From positions 901,369 to 965,368 of the forward strand of contig NW_015175367.1 of the NCBI RefSeq assembly GCF_001447785.1: a stretch of DNA of 64,000 bases, written 5' to 3'. Shown here piece after piece: positions 47,601-59,170 of the stretch. Every line of letters starts with the position of its first letter. Positions within the stretch are counted from its first letter, which is position 1. The DNA is from Gekko japonicus (taxonomy: Eukaryota). Position numbers and translations under genes: made by a program. The notes beneath the pieces are model-generated. The model was not told where the DNA came from and made no database searches. It worked only from the letters and a program-made list of their open reading frames with translations.

Positions 47601-50600
47601 GAAGTCAGCCTCTGTGCCAGGAGGCAACATTGGGAGAAGGACTCAGCCTCTATGCCCTGTTGTTGAGAGGAACTGGTTGGCCACTGTGTGAGGACCACTG
47701 GTCTCATCCAGCAGGGCTCTTCTTATGTTCTTAAAGGTCATTGATAGATCATCATTGGCCTAAGGAGTCTCTTGTCACAACCAGATATAGAGGAGTTATG
47801 TTTGTTCCCTTCACTGCCCAGTAATGGAAAGGGAGATTTTTTTGGAGCAGCCAATCAGTGCAATCCTAGGCAGAGCTACTCCATTCCAAGCTTCCTAACT
47901 TCAGTGAGCTTAGACTAGAGTAACTCTGCATGAGGTTGCACTGTAAGATGTGCAAGTATTTAAACCATGCTATTTCATGCACTGGTTCAGGCCATGCCAG
48001 GAAAAATACCGGTAACTGAACAACTCTGCTCTCACAGACTTTTAAGGAACACACTAAAGTCCCACTCTAGGATCACTGATTATATGGTGTAATTGTTTAT
48101 TTTGAAAATCATTAACTTCATTCGTAGCCCTCCTTTCTCATTGAGACTCAAGATGGATTACAAAGTATGAAAAGTAATTTAATCAGACAGCAAAGACCTC
48201 CAATAAACAGTGCAGTAAGTGTAGGAGTACAGACTGAAAAACTGTAAATAAAAGGTGCCTAGGGCAACAAAAACTGTCTAAGGCATGGCATTCGAAAAGG
48301 GAGGTAGGGGACGTTGCAATAAAGGAAGAGAGGTGATACATACAATAAACACTGCAACACTCTGCAGTGTTAACCTTATAGATGCAACCTCCTGAGCTGT
48401 TCCATTGTATTACTTTTCTAATCCCTTTGTAAAAAATGCTCCTGAAGATTTCCATTTTGCCCTTGACACAGGCCACTTTTTCATATATCACTCACGAAGA
48501 TATTTGTGACTGCTTCAATGGTAAGTTATTGAAAAACTTGGTGTATTCTAAATGTTATTTGGGAAAAGCCAGTTGTGCTTGCTGCTAGGACACCATAGCT
48601 ATGTGGTTATTAGCAGTATTCTAATCACTCAGCTGGTGATTGAAACAGAATCTGAGCAATTTGTCTCTCAAAATTGATTTTCAGAGATGGGAGGACCCCT
48701 GCCTTGCCATAAACGATCTTCAGAAACTCTTTAGCGGAGGACCAGTTTCTTCTACTCAGACGCATCATGCTCTACTTTGTTTTAAATCAGACCACCCCTT
48801 TGAACAGAAGAGCTAGATATGGTGGCCAGACCACTGCTCTGTGAGAAAGCATAGACAAGAAGATGGCAACTCTGGCTTGGGGGTGGTAAATCACAGACAT
48901 GAAATGCCAGAATTAAGATCACATAGGAGTTATCTTTGTAAAAGTATACATTGTATTTATGGGCAACATTGACTAGACACTGTCCATGTTTTTGTTTTGT
49001 TGTGTGATAGAACTTTTCTGACAAAGGAAAATGAATGGGAATTCAGTCTCATGATATGAGGCTATGTAGATATTATGTTCTGGCACATCTTACATGGTTA
49101 AATGCATGCAACTAAAATGTTACAATTGCTCCATAATCAGGGGATACACTTCTAGCAATTCAGGCACCTTCCGGCACACAATTAGAAGTACCTGTACCTC
49201 ATCTGGTATGTATAAGAAGCTGTTTTAATCTTGTTCATGTAATAAAAAATGGGTTGTGTCCTGTATATCCATTCAGCTGGCCAGGAGCACCTTGTGTCAG
49301 GGAAAGGTTCCTTTTACTGAAGGAAAACACCTCTGCTAGTGGAGTGCAGCTGTAGGATCTGGCCTGTGATGTTGATGCCAAGCAGTGTCTGGGTTTTGAT
49401 TTCTGAGCTGTTTAATTACTAGGGCTTACAATAATGTGAAAGAATATGTGTAGTTCTTTTTATATTCTAAGGTAGTCTTTTCATGTTTATCTGGGATTGA
49501 AGACATTTCATTACTGAATGAAATAATGAATTTCATTGCTGAAGTTTCCATTAAATTATTAATAATAAACTAAATATTTGCTGATGATGACTGCTCCATC
49601 AAATTCCATTTGATCATAACACGCTTCACTGGCAACATTTGGAAAGAATAAGAGGATTTGGTTTTATTTAATCTAAAATACTTATATGCAGCCTTTCTTC
49701 CTTACAGAGCTCAAGGCAGTATACAATATTAATAAAATGCATACAATTTTATTACAGATAATATAGATAGGACTTGAACCACCATAACATGGTGCCCCCC
49801 AGCTCCAGTGCTGAGAGGCGGCTTAGTAGGATACAATGGCTGGTAGTATCAAAGGCCACTGAGAGATCCAGCAGAACTAGCAGGATCACATTCCCCCTGT
49901 CTAGTTTTTGGTAGAAGTCATCAGCTAAGGTGACCAAAACAGTCTTTTCTAACAGGCTTTGGAGCTGAGAAGCAACTACCCACTCAGGCACCTTGCCCAA
50001 GAATGGTCGATTGGAGACTGGCCAGAAGTTCTCCAACAAGCTTTATGGGGTTTTTCCAGAACAGGCCTAATCACTGCCTCCTTGAGCACGGGTGGTTCAA
50101 CTGCCACCCTCAAGGAAGCATTTACCCTTTACCCATTCAGCTGGCCCCCCTCTGGTAGCTTTTATCAGCCAGGAAGGGCCAGAGTCAAGAACACAGGTGG
50201 TAGGACTCATATGTCCAAAGATCTTGTCCACATCCTTGGCCTCCACAAGCTGAAAAGTATCCATACAAATCACACAAACAGGGACCAAAGGTACATTGTC
50301 TGAACATGCATCTACACCTGCATCTAACCCGGAGCAGATCTGGGTGATTTTTGTCTGCTGGATAAGTAGTAAAATTATCACAGCAGGCTGGCGTTGTGGT
50401 CAGAATCCGGTTCCCTGGGGCTGTGATGTAAAAGCCCCTGAACCATATGAAACAACCCAGCTGGACAATTACATACAGATGCAGCGGTGGTGGAGAAATA
50501 TTGCCTTTTCACTGTCATCACTGCCACAGAATAGGCTCTAATATGGGCTCTATGCCATGTTCGCTGGTAACCCAGGGAGATTGCTTGGCTCTGTCCAGAT

Positions 50601-53600
50601 GAGGTGAGAGCTTAGAGGCTATTGTGTCAACAGCCCAGGCCATCTTCCAATTGCAGAGAGTGATCAGGACCTTGACAGACTCATCAGCAGCTGTGGTGGG
50701 GAAATCCCCAAGCGCTGATATGAAACCATTGGGATCAATCAGGTGCCTGGGGTGGATTATCTTAATGGGTCTACCATCCCTACGGGTGTGAATTCAGTGG
50801 ACACAACTATTTTCACAGCATTTCCTCTCTTTAATGCCCTGTAACAATGCTGAATTTCTTAGTTTGCATGCTAAATGAATGGAACAGAGGAGAAAACTTA
50901 ACACACTTTTGGGCTAGATCTAAATAACAAATTGGACACAAAATAGTAGCTAGATGCTGTTCTGCACTCCTTAAAAGTATATGTTGTAGTATAATAGAAA
51001 GATTCATGCTTCTGCAAGCTGTTTAGTTTCATGCTTTATGTATTTAACTAGGAATAAGGCCCATTGTGGGGGGGAAAGGCTCTACAAAGAGGGTGGGGTC
51101 AATGATTTTGTATCTTGAGCGAGGCCTGAGCGCCTCCCAGCCACCGAGTCCGCCGATCTCCCCCTCTCCGGGCACCGGCGGTAAGGCCTGAGCACCTCCC
51201 AACTGCAGGGCCTGGCAATCCCCCCCCGGGCACCGGCAGCGAAGCCTGAGTGCCTCCCAGCCGCTAGGCCTGCCGCAGAGTTCCCAGAGCGTTCTCTGTG
51301 CATGTGCAGAGAATGCTTTTTACTTTTGGGGGGATTTAAACATCCTCCGTACAGTTTTTAAAACATTTTAGATTTTTCTGCACACCCGGGGACTGCCCCA
51401 AGTGTGCAGGAAAATCTCTCTGCCGCCCAAGTGCTCCTGATGTGTGGATTTAGATATCCACATGAAGGGGGCAACTTGGCTATTAGATATATAGATATAA
51501 GATTTTTATGCTTCTAGCACAGTGCTTTAGTATGAAACTTGCTACCAGATTCTTTAGGGATGTCATTTTGCCTGCATTGCTGTTTGGCTTAATATCTACT
51601 TCTGTTTCCATAAAGGATTGTACTTTTACTTTTCAATGTCTTTTCTTCCTCAAGGGCCAGAAAAAATACCAGATCAATTTAAACAGTCACTCAGGGCCTA
51701 TCCATGTGTTGCTCATCAATAAAGAATCCAGTTCCTCTAAGCCAGTGGTTTTTCCAGTTCCTCCACCAGATGACCTCATTCAACCTCTTTCTCAAGCTGT
51801 GGTTCCATTGACTTCTCCTAAACTGAACTCTCCTCAGAATTTACTAGAGGATAAAGAAACTAGTCAGGGTCAATCCCTTCCACAGACACCAGTCACAGAT
51901 ATGCCTGCAGGTAGGTGTACAGACTTTCCCATTGCAAATATAAGCTGGAAAAGTAGAGTACAGCAGTGACTTAGATCTTAAGGGGCACTTCCATGGATGC
52001 AATGATTTCCACCTAAGGAGTGCAGTTTTACTCAAAATGTGTCATGTGAATTTTTTTTTCTAAGACAGTCCGCAGCATTAGATAAATACCTGTGTATACA
52101 GTAGACATCAATATATTTCCAAGAATGTGTCTTGTTTAAAAGTAAATAATTTGGGCAATAACTGATATGCTATAATGTGTTTAATGGCAAAACTTTATTA
52201 AAGATTTCATCAGTTTTTTTTTAATGTTTTATTGATTTTCCAAAACTTATTCCAACATGCAAATATTCCACAAAATCAAAACAGATTGAGCATACAGCCT
52301 CCATTCCTTCTAAACTTTTTACACAGAATTACATTCCTAACCCATCACGCTCAGTTTCCAATTATAGAATTTACTCCAATTTCCTTCAAAAAAGGATTCA
52401 TCTTTCCCTTTTAATCTACATGACATCTTATCCATTTCGGCAACTTCAAATAATTTTGTATAACCTCTATCCTATCTGGTATTTTTTCCATCTTCCAGTA
52501 CTTAGCAAATAATATTCTGGCTGCTGTTATACAATGTAATATCAAGTTTTTCTCATCTTTTCCATATATCTCTGGAACCATATTAAGTAAAAATAGTTCT
52601 GGTTTTAAAGGTATTGAAACCCCCATAATTTCCTTTAACATTTTACCTATCATCTTCCAATACTCCTTTCCTTTGCTACATGCCCACCACATATGGAAGT
52701 AGGTGCCTACATTCTGTCTGCATTTCCAGCATATACCCTGTTTCCCCGAAAATAAGACCTACCCCAAAAATAAGCCCTAGCAGGATTTCTATGCATTTGT
52801 GGTATAAGCCCGTGTGTCTTCTTGAGAAAAAATAAATATAAGACAGTGTCTTATTTTCGGGAAAACACTGTATTAGATGTTGTCTTAGAATATTTTGCTA
52901 ATCTAGCTGGGTATAAGTACCATCTGAGTGCCACTTTGTAGATATTTTCTTTAAAGGAGGTAGACCTTGTAATTTTCATATTAGTATCCCATATCCTCAT
53001 CCATTTGTCTAACTCTATATTATACCCTAAGTCTTTATTCCATGCTATCATACTCAACCTCACAACTTCTTCCTGCGTTTTGGCATCTAGCAGGTATTTA
53101 TATAAATTTTTAATAGTTCGTTCTCCCAACATAATCCATATTTTATCAAAAAGATTTCATCAGTTTTAATGTTACATGGTTTAACATGATATACAGGTAT
53201 GCTGGTATTCCTCTTTCTGGTCAAATAATGTAACTAATAATTTGTGTGTGGGGGGTTACCTTCAACTTTTGCCTTCCATACCCCTTAGATAGCAAAAGTT
53301 AACTTACATTTGCTAAGGTAGCACAGGGTGCAGCCATTTACAACTTTCTCAAGTATTGGCTATATATATTTTTTTAACAGAAAAGCAAGATATTTATACT
53401 TTAATTCCATAAATTTGACATAGTATAATTTTATATACTAAGTTGCAATATAATGAATATTTTAAAATCAACATTTTAAGTTATTAAATCAGTAAAGTAA
53501 GTTTAGGCTTGACAGGAAACTAAGTACTGCATACATTTCAGTTTCCTCCTAACCCCCTCCTCCCAAACTGGTTTTCTGCGGCTTCAAAATTTCCAGTTTT

Positions 53601-56600
53601 TTTATATCTTTCTCACTTCTGTCTCTTTGATAAATACTGATATGCCCTGTATCACAAAAGCTATAGTAATGAATTGCTCTGTATCAAAATTGTCTGGTAA
53701 TGAATTGCCCTGTATCAAAAAAGGTATGGCAAAATGTCTGTGGTTTAGGGATACCATGTCTGTTTTCTAATATTAACTATCTATTGTTATAGATAGAAGT
53801 TCTCAAGAGAATGCAGCTCCTGAAACTCTTTATGCCAGCATTCCAGATTCTGAGCTGTATGACAGTCTTGTAACAGAAACCACGCCGAGCTCAAATACCT
53901 GTCAGCCCTTCCTTCCGCTGGATGTCAATAGTATCCTCAAGCCCAACTCATTTGATATAGCAAAGATAGATGAGCCTGGAGGTGAACTAGACTGTTCTTT
54001 TTATGGGGATTTGTGGGATGGGGAGAAGAGAGGGGGGTGGGTTAATAGTGTCCTGAAGTGCTGAGCATCACTGGAAAGCAGTATCTAATTTGACATTTTT
54101 ATGAAAAGTGATAATTTGCTTTTGTGCTTGTAGGCATAATTAACAGTGATATCATTGATGAACTGATGTCCTCTGATGGTAAGTTTCTCATATTTCCATT
54201 CCTAATAAGTGCAATGACTCAGGCTCACCTTACAAAATACAGTAGTCCAACAGTAACTTCATGCTACTTTCCAGCTCCCCCTGGTGTTTGAATGAGGATT
54301 CACTGAAGTGGCCAGATATTACCTTTTTTCTCCTCCATATCTCCTATCCTTCCCTCAGCAACAAAATGGTATCTGAATGCTTCCAGTCTGTCCTCACTGC
54401 AAACGCTGATGGGGTGCCACTGACTAGAATGGACCAGGAAGTGTGTGATCAAAAACACACACACTTTTTTTTGTTCTTTCGTCAGTAGCTGTTGCACACC
54501 CATCACTATGGCCCAAGCTCTGGATCTCCTTGCTGCACGAATCAGTAAGCAGGAATAGTGGCATACTGAAGCAGAATCAAGTCCTAATTTAGTTGTGTTT
54601 TTTTAAAATGGAAGAGGAAACAGTCGCTAGATTGTAAGATAGCCCACTGGAAAATACCCATAGCATTCTTCTTGAAATACCAGTTCCAAGTTTAGAAAGA
54701 CACAGCAGAAGGTGAAGGGCTGTGGCTCAGTAGTAGAGCATCTACTTAGCATGCAGAGGGTCCCAGGTTCAATCCCTGGCATCCCCAGTTAAAAGGACCT
54801 GGCAGAAGGTGATGTGGAAGACCTCTGCCTGAGAGCCTGGAGAGCCACTGCCAGTCTGAGTGGACAGTACTGACTTTGATGGACCAAGGGTCTGATTCAG
54901 TATAAGGCAGCTTCATGTGTGTTCAATTACTAACAGGTAAATGGAGAGTTTCTGTAGCAGTAAATGAACAATTTCTCCCATTGTACTAGCCAGAGCAAGT
55001 GCTTCTTTCATCCTGAATATTATCTATATAACTGACAAAGCCTTTCAACCTTGTCAATTATGCTGTGTTTGAAGTATTACAACACAGAATTATTTATCAC
55101 ATTTGTCCATTTCCCTTCCTCAGGATCGCAGCTTGAGGCTCCCAGAGCAAAACTAAGACTGGATTATCTGATGTTTTTTTTTATTTGAAAGAAGTTGCAA
55201 AGGGCATCGAGTTTTATTGGCAAAATGGTGCCAGAGCAACCCTGACCCTTTCCCCTGAACACAGAAATAGTATATTTCCCATAGTAGGAGAGGGAGAAAG
55301 AGCTCTTCAGGGATATTTCCCATAGTAGGAGAGGGAGAAAGAGTTCTTGTTTTATAAAAAGGTAAAGGTTTCCTTGCTCGAAAGCCAGTCGAATCCGACT
55401 CTAGGGTTGCGGTGCTCATCTCCGTTTCAAAGCCGAAGAGCCAGCGCTGTCCGAAGACATTTCCGTGGTCATGTGGCCGGCATGACTAAACACCAAGGTG
55501 CACGGAACGCTGTTACCTTCCCACCGAAGTGGTACCTATTTATCTACTTGCAATTTCTTGCTTTCGAACTGCTAGGTTGGCAGGGATAGGTGGGCATAAA
55601 TGGGGGTTTAAATAAGATTGGAGGGAAGCAATACAGGTAGAGGGTAAAAGATTGTTACCCTTGCAGATCTGCTGCATGACGTGTTGTTTGACCCTTGTCC
55701 TTGTAGCATCTCTGTGATAAGATTACACTAAGAAGTTTCTTGCTCAAGGCTACCCAATGAAGTTCATAAGTAACCAGTGATTCTTAACTTGAATCCTAGA
55801 ACACTAACAATCACAGTGGCTGCATTCAAGGCAAGCCACTTATCTAATTGATTTCACTGGTTCATTTTGACAGTTAGTTTACATGTCTCCCCCGTTCATG
55901 CTCCTGCAGGAAGACTACTTGCCTTGATACTTCATTTAAAGTTTGTCTTTGTTGTAGGTTGTTTTCTTTTTTAAAAAACAATGCATACCTAAACTGTCAT
56001 CTCATTAGGACAACAAAAAAGTCATACCATGATCAATACCCCCTTTAAAGAAAAAATAGGTAACTGTTTTGAACAAAGTCGCTATGATCCCTAGCTTCCA
56101 TCTGTTGCATACAGCAGGATAGATCTTCCACAAACTAACATCCTCATGCACCTTCAGAAATATGGCTGAGGTAACAGTAGAATAGTTTAGAGCATTCAAA
56201 TCGATACAGTCTGTGGAAGTGGCTGGCACTTGAAGGTAAAGTTTTCCCTTGCTTGAAAGCCAGTTGAATCCGACTCTAGGGTGTGGTGCTCATCTCAGTT
56301 TCCAAGCCGAAGAGCCAGCGCTGTCCAAAGACATTTCCGTGGTCATGTGGCCGGCATGACTAGACCCTGATGCACACGGAACGTTGTTACCTTCCCACCG
56401 AAGCGGTACCTATTTATCTACTTGCAATTTCTTGCTTTCAAACTGCTAGGTTGGCAGGAGCTGGGGCCAGAGACGGGAGCTCACTCCGTCATGCGGCACT
56501 CAGATCTCGAACTGCTGAACTACCGACCTTCCAGTCTGCAGTTCAGCGTCTTAACCACTGAGCCACTTGAAGGTACAGGAGCCCAATTACACTTTGAATT

Positions 56601-56732
56601 AAGATACTTTTTTGTTCCATAGTGTTTCCACTGTTGCGACTCTCCCCTACTCCTGGCGATGACTACAGCTTCAACTTGGATGACAGTGAAGGAGTCTGTG
56701 ATCTCTTTGATGTGCAGATACTGAACTATTAG
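35635..56732 (+). CDS. E2F5: E2F transcription factor 5, 9 coding exons, 388 aa
   Basis: Exons: 35635-35820, 44113-44222, 46824-46985, 48477-48520, 49141-49205, 51655-51910, 53793-53981, 54134-54178, 56623-56732 (TAG). Total 1167 nt, phases agree. Motifs: [43 protein letters not shown], the marked box, and C-terminal pocket-binding [23 protein letters not shown]. Confidence 0.96.
35937..35982. other. Assembly gap (46 N)
   Basis: Run of N. Confidence 1.
35983..36287 (+). repeat. Diverged duplicate of 34735-35057 (E2F5 upstream flank)
   Basis: Colinear match with several substitutions, one ~22 bp deletion and one 4 bp insertion. Confidence 0.92.
36308..39053 (+). repeat. 1389 bp-period tandem duplication in E2F5 intron 1 (36308-37696 and 37697-39053)
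   Basis: Near-identical copies; the duplicate ORFs in the ORF track are offset by exactly 1389 nt. Confidence 0.95.
36787..36994 (+). mobile_element. Penelope-like inverted (hairpin) pLTR element; second copy at 38176-38383
   Basis: ~67 bp inverted arms (36799-36943), 15 bp TSD CTTTTAATCTATAGT, and a decayed hammerhead motif at the apex. Confidence 0.7.
38777..39089 (+). mobile_element. hAT-type non-autonomous DNA transposon (313 bp); truncated copy at 37458-37696
   Basis: TIRs CAGTGGTGGCGAACCT / AGGTTCGCCATCACTG (1 mismatch). No TSD recognisable. Confidence 0.7.
39690..39908 (-). mobile_element. tRNA-derived SINE, degenerate (Squam3-related)
   Basis: Reverse complement resembles the SINE at 58970-59170. 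Confidence 0.55.
40720..41043. other. Assembly gap (324 N)
   Basis: Run of N. Confidence 1.
41060..42070 (+). mobile_element. L2/CR1-group LINE, 3' portion with disrupted RT C-terminus
   Basis: Translations [34 protein letters not shown] and [17 protein letters not shown] with in-frame stops; AAAT-rich tail. Confidence 0.85.
42632..42846. repeat. Complex local tandem duplication (~85 bp copies with partial repeats between them)
   Basis: CTGCCCTGAGT(G/C)TATG at 42632, 42720 and 42762; long match between 42632-42716 and 42762-42846. Confidence 0.8.
44896..45160. repeat. 132 bp tandem duplication in E2F5 intron 2
   Basis: CAATAGAGTGTAGATTACCTTC at 44896 and 45028; the copies differ by a few substitutions. 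Confidence 0.9.
45259..45470 (-). mobile_element. tRNA-derived SINE (family of 54714-54924)
   Basis: Reverse-complement homology to the 54714 element. Confidence 0.65.
46986..48476 (+). other. E2F5: U12-type (minor spliceosome) AT-AC intron 3 of E2F5
   Basis: 5' splice site ATATCCTTT, branch site CCCTTGAC at 48460-48467, 3' splice site CAC. This splice restores the frame ([13 protein letters not shown]). Confidence 0.92.
47316..47594 (-). mobile_element. Squam3-like SINE inserted into a CR1-like 3' fragment (~47235-47730)
   Basis: Reverse complement of the 25778 family with a (TCT)n tail. Confidence 0.75.
49760..50790 (-). mobile_element. Degenerate L2-type LINE ORF2 fragment
   Basis: Peptides [14 protein letters not shown] and [12 protein letters not shown] (RT domain) and [14 protein letters not shown], with frameshifts. 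Confidence 0.8.
51048..51495 (-). mobile_element. Second non-autonomous Helitron (448 bp) with an internal ~60 bp minisatellite
   Basis: The minus strand runs A|TCTATATATCTAATAG...GGGCCTTATTCCTAG|T with a degraded subterminal hairpin. Repeats GCCTGAG(C/T)(G/A)CCTCCCA at ~51124, 51186 and 51244. Confidence 0.65.
52218..53149 (-). mobile_element. 5'-truncated L1 LINE (ORF2 C-terminus)
   Basis: Zinc-knuckle region (CWKC...YFHMWWAC), WYLYPARL, poly-A tail; 18 bp TSD AAAGATTTCATCAGTTTT at 52200-52217 and 53150-53167. Confidence 0.85.
52736..52870. mobile_element. Tc1/mariner (pogo/Tigger-like) MITE nested in the L1
   Basis: TIRs CCCTGTTTCCCCGAAAATAAGAC / GTCTTATTTTCGGGAAAACACTG; TA TSD. Confidence 0.8.
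54714..54924 (+). mobile_element. tRNA-derived SINE, full length
   Basis: GGGCTGTGGCTCAGTAGTAGAGCA...CCCAGGTTCAATCCCTGGCA tRNA-like head with A and B boxes. Confidence 0.8.
55358..55585 (-). mobile_element. Sauria SINE, 5'-truncated
   Basis: Reverse complement of the 3' two-thirds of 9933-10275. Confidence 0.85.
56233..56563 (-). mobile_element. Sauria SINE, near full length
   Basis: Reverse complement of 9933-10275; TSD CACTTGAAGGTA on both sides. Confidence 0.85.
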
Positions 56733-57350
56733 ATTTCAATGCAGCCAGAGTGCCTCATCTACCTCCTAACTATGTAAGATTGTAGACTGTTTCATAACAC
56801 ACGCTTACAATAATGAATGTAAGATTTTGATAACTCACCAACACCATTTCCCTCTTAAATTGTTATGCTAAGAAAATTCTAAAGTCAATAAAATACAAGT
56901 GGCTTTTTGCACATGCATCACAGCAGTGCAGGTAAACTGAAAATTGCTAGTAAAATAATCTAGACAGTACTGCATTTTATTCATACCTTGCCATTTGGAA
57001 ACCCTCTGCAGTCATTCTAAAATTTTGGCCCGTTTTGTTTTATTTGATTTTTCACTGCCAATTGTAAAATGAAGGGCATTAGCTAGGTAATGCTGCATTG
57101 GTCCACTGAATGCATTTTGTGGGGTGCCTTTTTATTAGCACTTTAAATTTGTCCTTCTCCCTCCCTACCTCCCCTTTTTAAAAAAGACTGACATTCCATA
57201 TTCCTAGATTTAGGGAAACCGTTTGTAGGTTGTATTGAAGAGTGCCAATGCCTGTATATAAACAAGATTTTTTTAAAAAATAAAAGGTATACAAAAATGT
57301 TGTTTGCTGATGTATCAGGAAATGGGGTACTAGAGTCCAGACATTTAATA

Positions 57351-58554
57351 CTACAACTGAGACAGTAAGTTGGTAGCAGCATCCACATTAGTTGCTTCTC
57401 TTTCCGGGGACTTTGGAATCTAAATTTAAAGCGGGGGGGGGGGGGGGGGAAGAGCGGGGGGGGGGGGGGGGGGAGACAGAAGCATTTTAAAAACAAAAAG
57501 ACAAAAATCATAGATTTTTTAAAAAATAATACAAGTTAATGAAGTTACCAGATGCCTTTTGGGGGGATCTGATGAAACGGGTTTGGATAACTGCTTGACT
57601 TCTTTCTGTACTTCTGTAAATATCTTATTTACCATCGTAACCTTTTCATCATTCACTATATTGATCTTTGGGAAAAGAAAAGACATAAAACGTTTATACA
57701 TGAACATGAAAACAACTATAAGAGACTCTAAATAGGAAACATATTTAATGTGACCTTTCCTAACAGACTTGTCAATGGATGGGTAAGGAGTTTAAGAGAA
57801 TAAAAATGCAGGTCACCAAGAGAGGCAGTTCTATAGCATGGCTGTGCTCATTACTTACTCTGAGAAAGGGTCACTCCTCACAAAACATGCAAAATTAGCA
57901 TAACTTTACATAATTTGTTCCATTCTGAAAAGCCATTTTTCTCCATTTGTGACTAGCCATTGAAAGAGATGCAAACAAAAGATTTCTCCCTAAGAGATCC
58001 ATTTCATTATGCATACAAAACATACAAAATCCCATATTTAGGTTCAAGCGTGCACATAATTTTCCTGTGCCACACCTGTACTGCTTAACAGCTGATTAAC
58101 TGATAATGTCAGGTACTTTTTTAGAGAGGGAAGATAAGAGCTGATCCAGGTAAGAATAGCAGCATACATTTTCACTCCCATAGAGGAAATTTTAAGAGAG
58201 AGATTATTATTTTAAAATTCGATTTTGAGTATCTCTCCCAATTCCAGCATCATGGAAAGAATCAAGATTAGCTGGGGGGAGGGGGAGTTCATTGGTACTT
58301 TACCACTTTGCCTACCGGTATATGTATGTAATAGGGTAGATTCCATTAAACAAGCATAGCACTGACCAAGTAAGATTCCAGTGACCTCCATGAAGAATAC
58401 AAAGGAATACAAAGATGTTCACTAATATTGCAGTATTAACCTTTTTCAAACTGGTTGTCACTGCCTTTGCTTTACTTTTTGCCTTTGTGATGTTTTTGTT
58501 GGCCACGTGGAATACATTCTTCTGCTTCTGTCCTTTTCCTTTGTTCTTGCCCAT
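57351..58554 (-). CDS. RBIS: Ribosomal biogenesis factor (C8orf59), 3 coding exons, 99 aa
   Basis: Exons 58554-58441 (MGKNKGKGQKQKNVFHVA...TTSLKK), 57665-57549 (INIVNDEKV...PKRHL) and 57419-57351 (IPKSPEREATNVDAATNLLSQL*). GT-AG introns, 300 nt, tail-to-tail with E2F5. Confidence 0.93.
57431..57474 (+). repeat. Twin poly-G tracts in the last RBIS intron
   Basis: Two G runs of ~17-18 nt separated by AAGAGC. Confidence 0.8.
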
Positions 58555-58969
58555 TGCCTAAAATGTTAAGAGTAAATTTCATTTTTTTGTTTACTGCTGC
58601 TCAGCCATTCAGGACCATGTTCCTTATTGTAGCAACAAATATATTTAAGAGTGCCTTGAATTGTTTGTGCAACTAAGGCCACAGGTGTATGGACACATTC
58701 TTGGAGTAAGCCCAGTTAAACCAAATGGTACTTATCAACAAGCATGCACAAAATTAAGTCTCCAAGCTGTTACTTAGGTAAAGAGCAGACATGAAAACAA
58801 TGGGTATAAGTGTGGAAATGTTAATTTGGTTGACCATTAAATAAAAGCAGTCATTTGAAATCTCCTAGAAAAGTCTGTCATAATAGGGCAAAAAACATGA
58901 TGTGGCAAAAAATCCACTCCCATAGGTTCTAGTCACTGGGAGTCAGAGCAAAAGATGCATTCACTAATC

Positions 58970-59170
58970 ATAGTGTGGTGTTAGTGGTGAGGGTGTTGGA
59001 CTAGGATCTGAGAATCCCTAGTCTGCCATGGAAGCTTGTTGGGTGGCCTTGGGAAAGTCACCTACTCTGTGCCAAATCTACTTCATAGGGTTGTGAGGAT
59101 AAAATGGAGAATGATGTAAGCTGCTTTGGGTTCCCACTGGGGAGAAAGGCAGGTATGAATGATGTTAAAT
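58970..59170 (+). mobile_element. tRNA-derived SINE, degenerate
   Basis: GTGTGGTGTTAGTGGTGAG...GGACTAGGATCTG head; similarity to the Squam3-like copies. Confidence 0.55.

Noticed and set aside
47858-47942. ~85 bp imperfect hairpin (similar ones at ~11700-11782 and ~2225-2283) as candidate miRNA
   Set aside because: The related copies point to an old, decayed MITE-like family; there is no specific evidence for a miRNA.
54714-54790. Possible tRNA gene (and possible 5S rRNA genes at ~29780-29870 and ~11220-11285)
   Set aside because: The heads are degenerate and continue into repeat bodies shared by several copies; they are SINEs.
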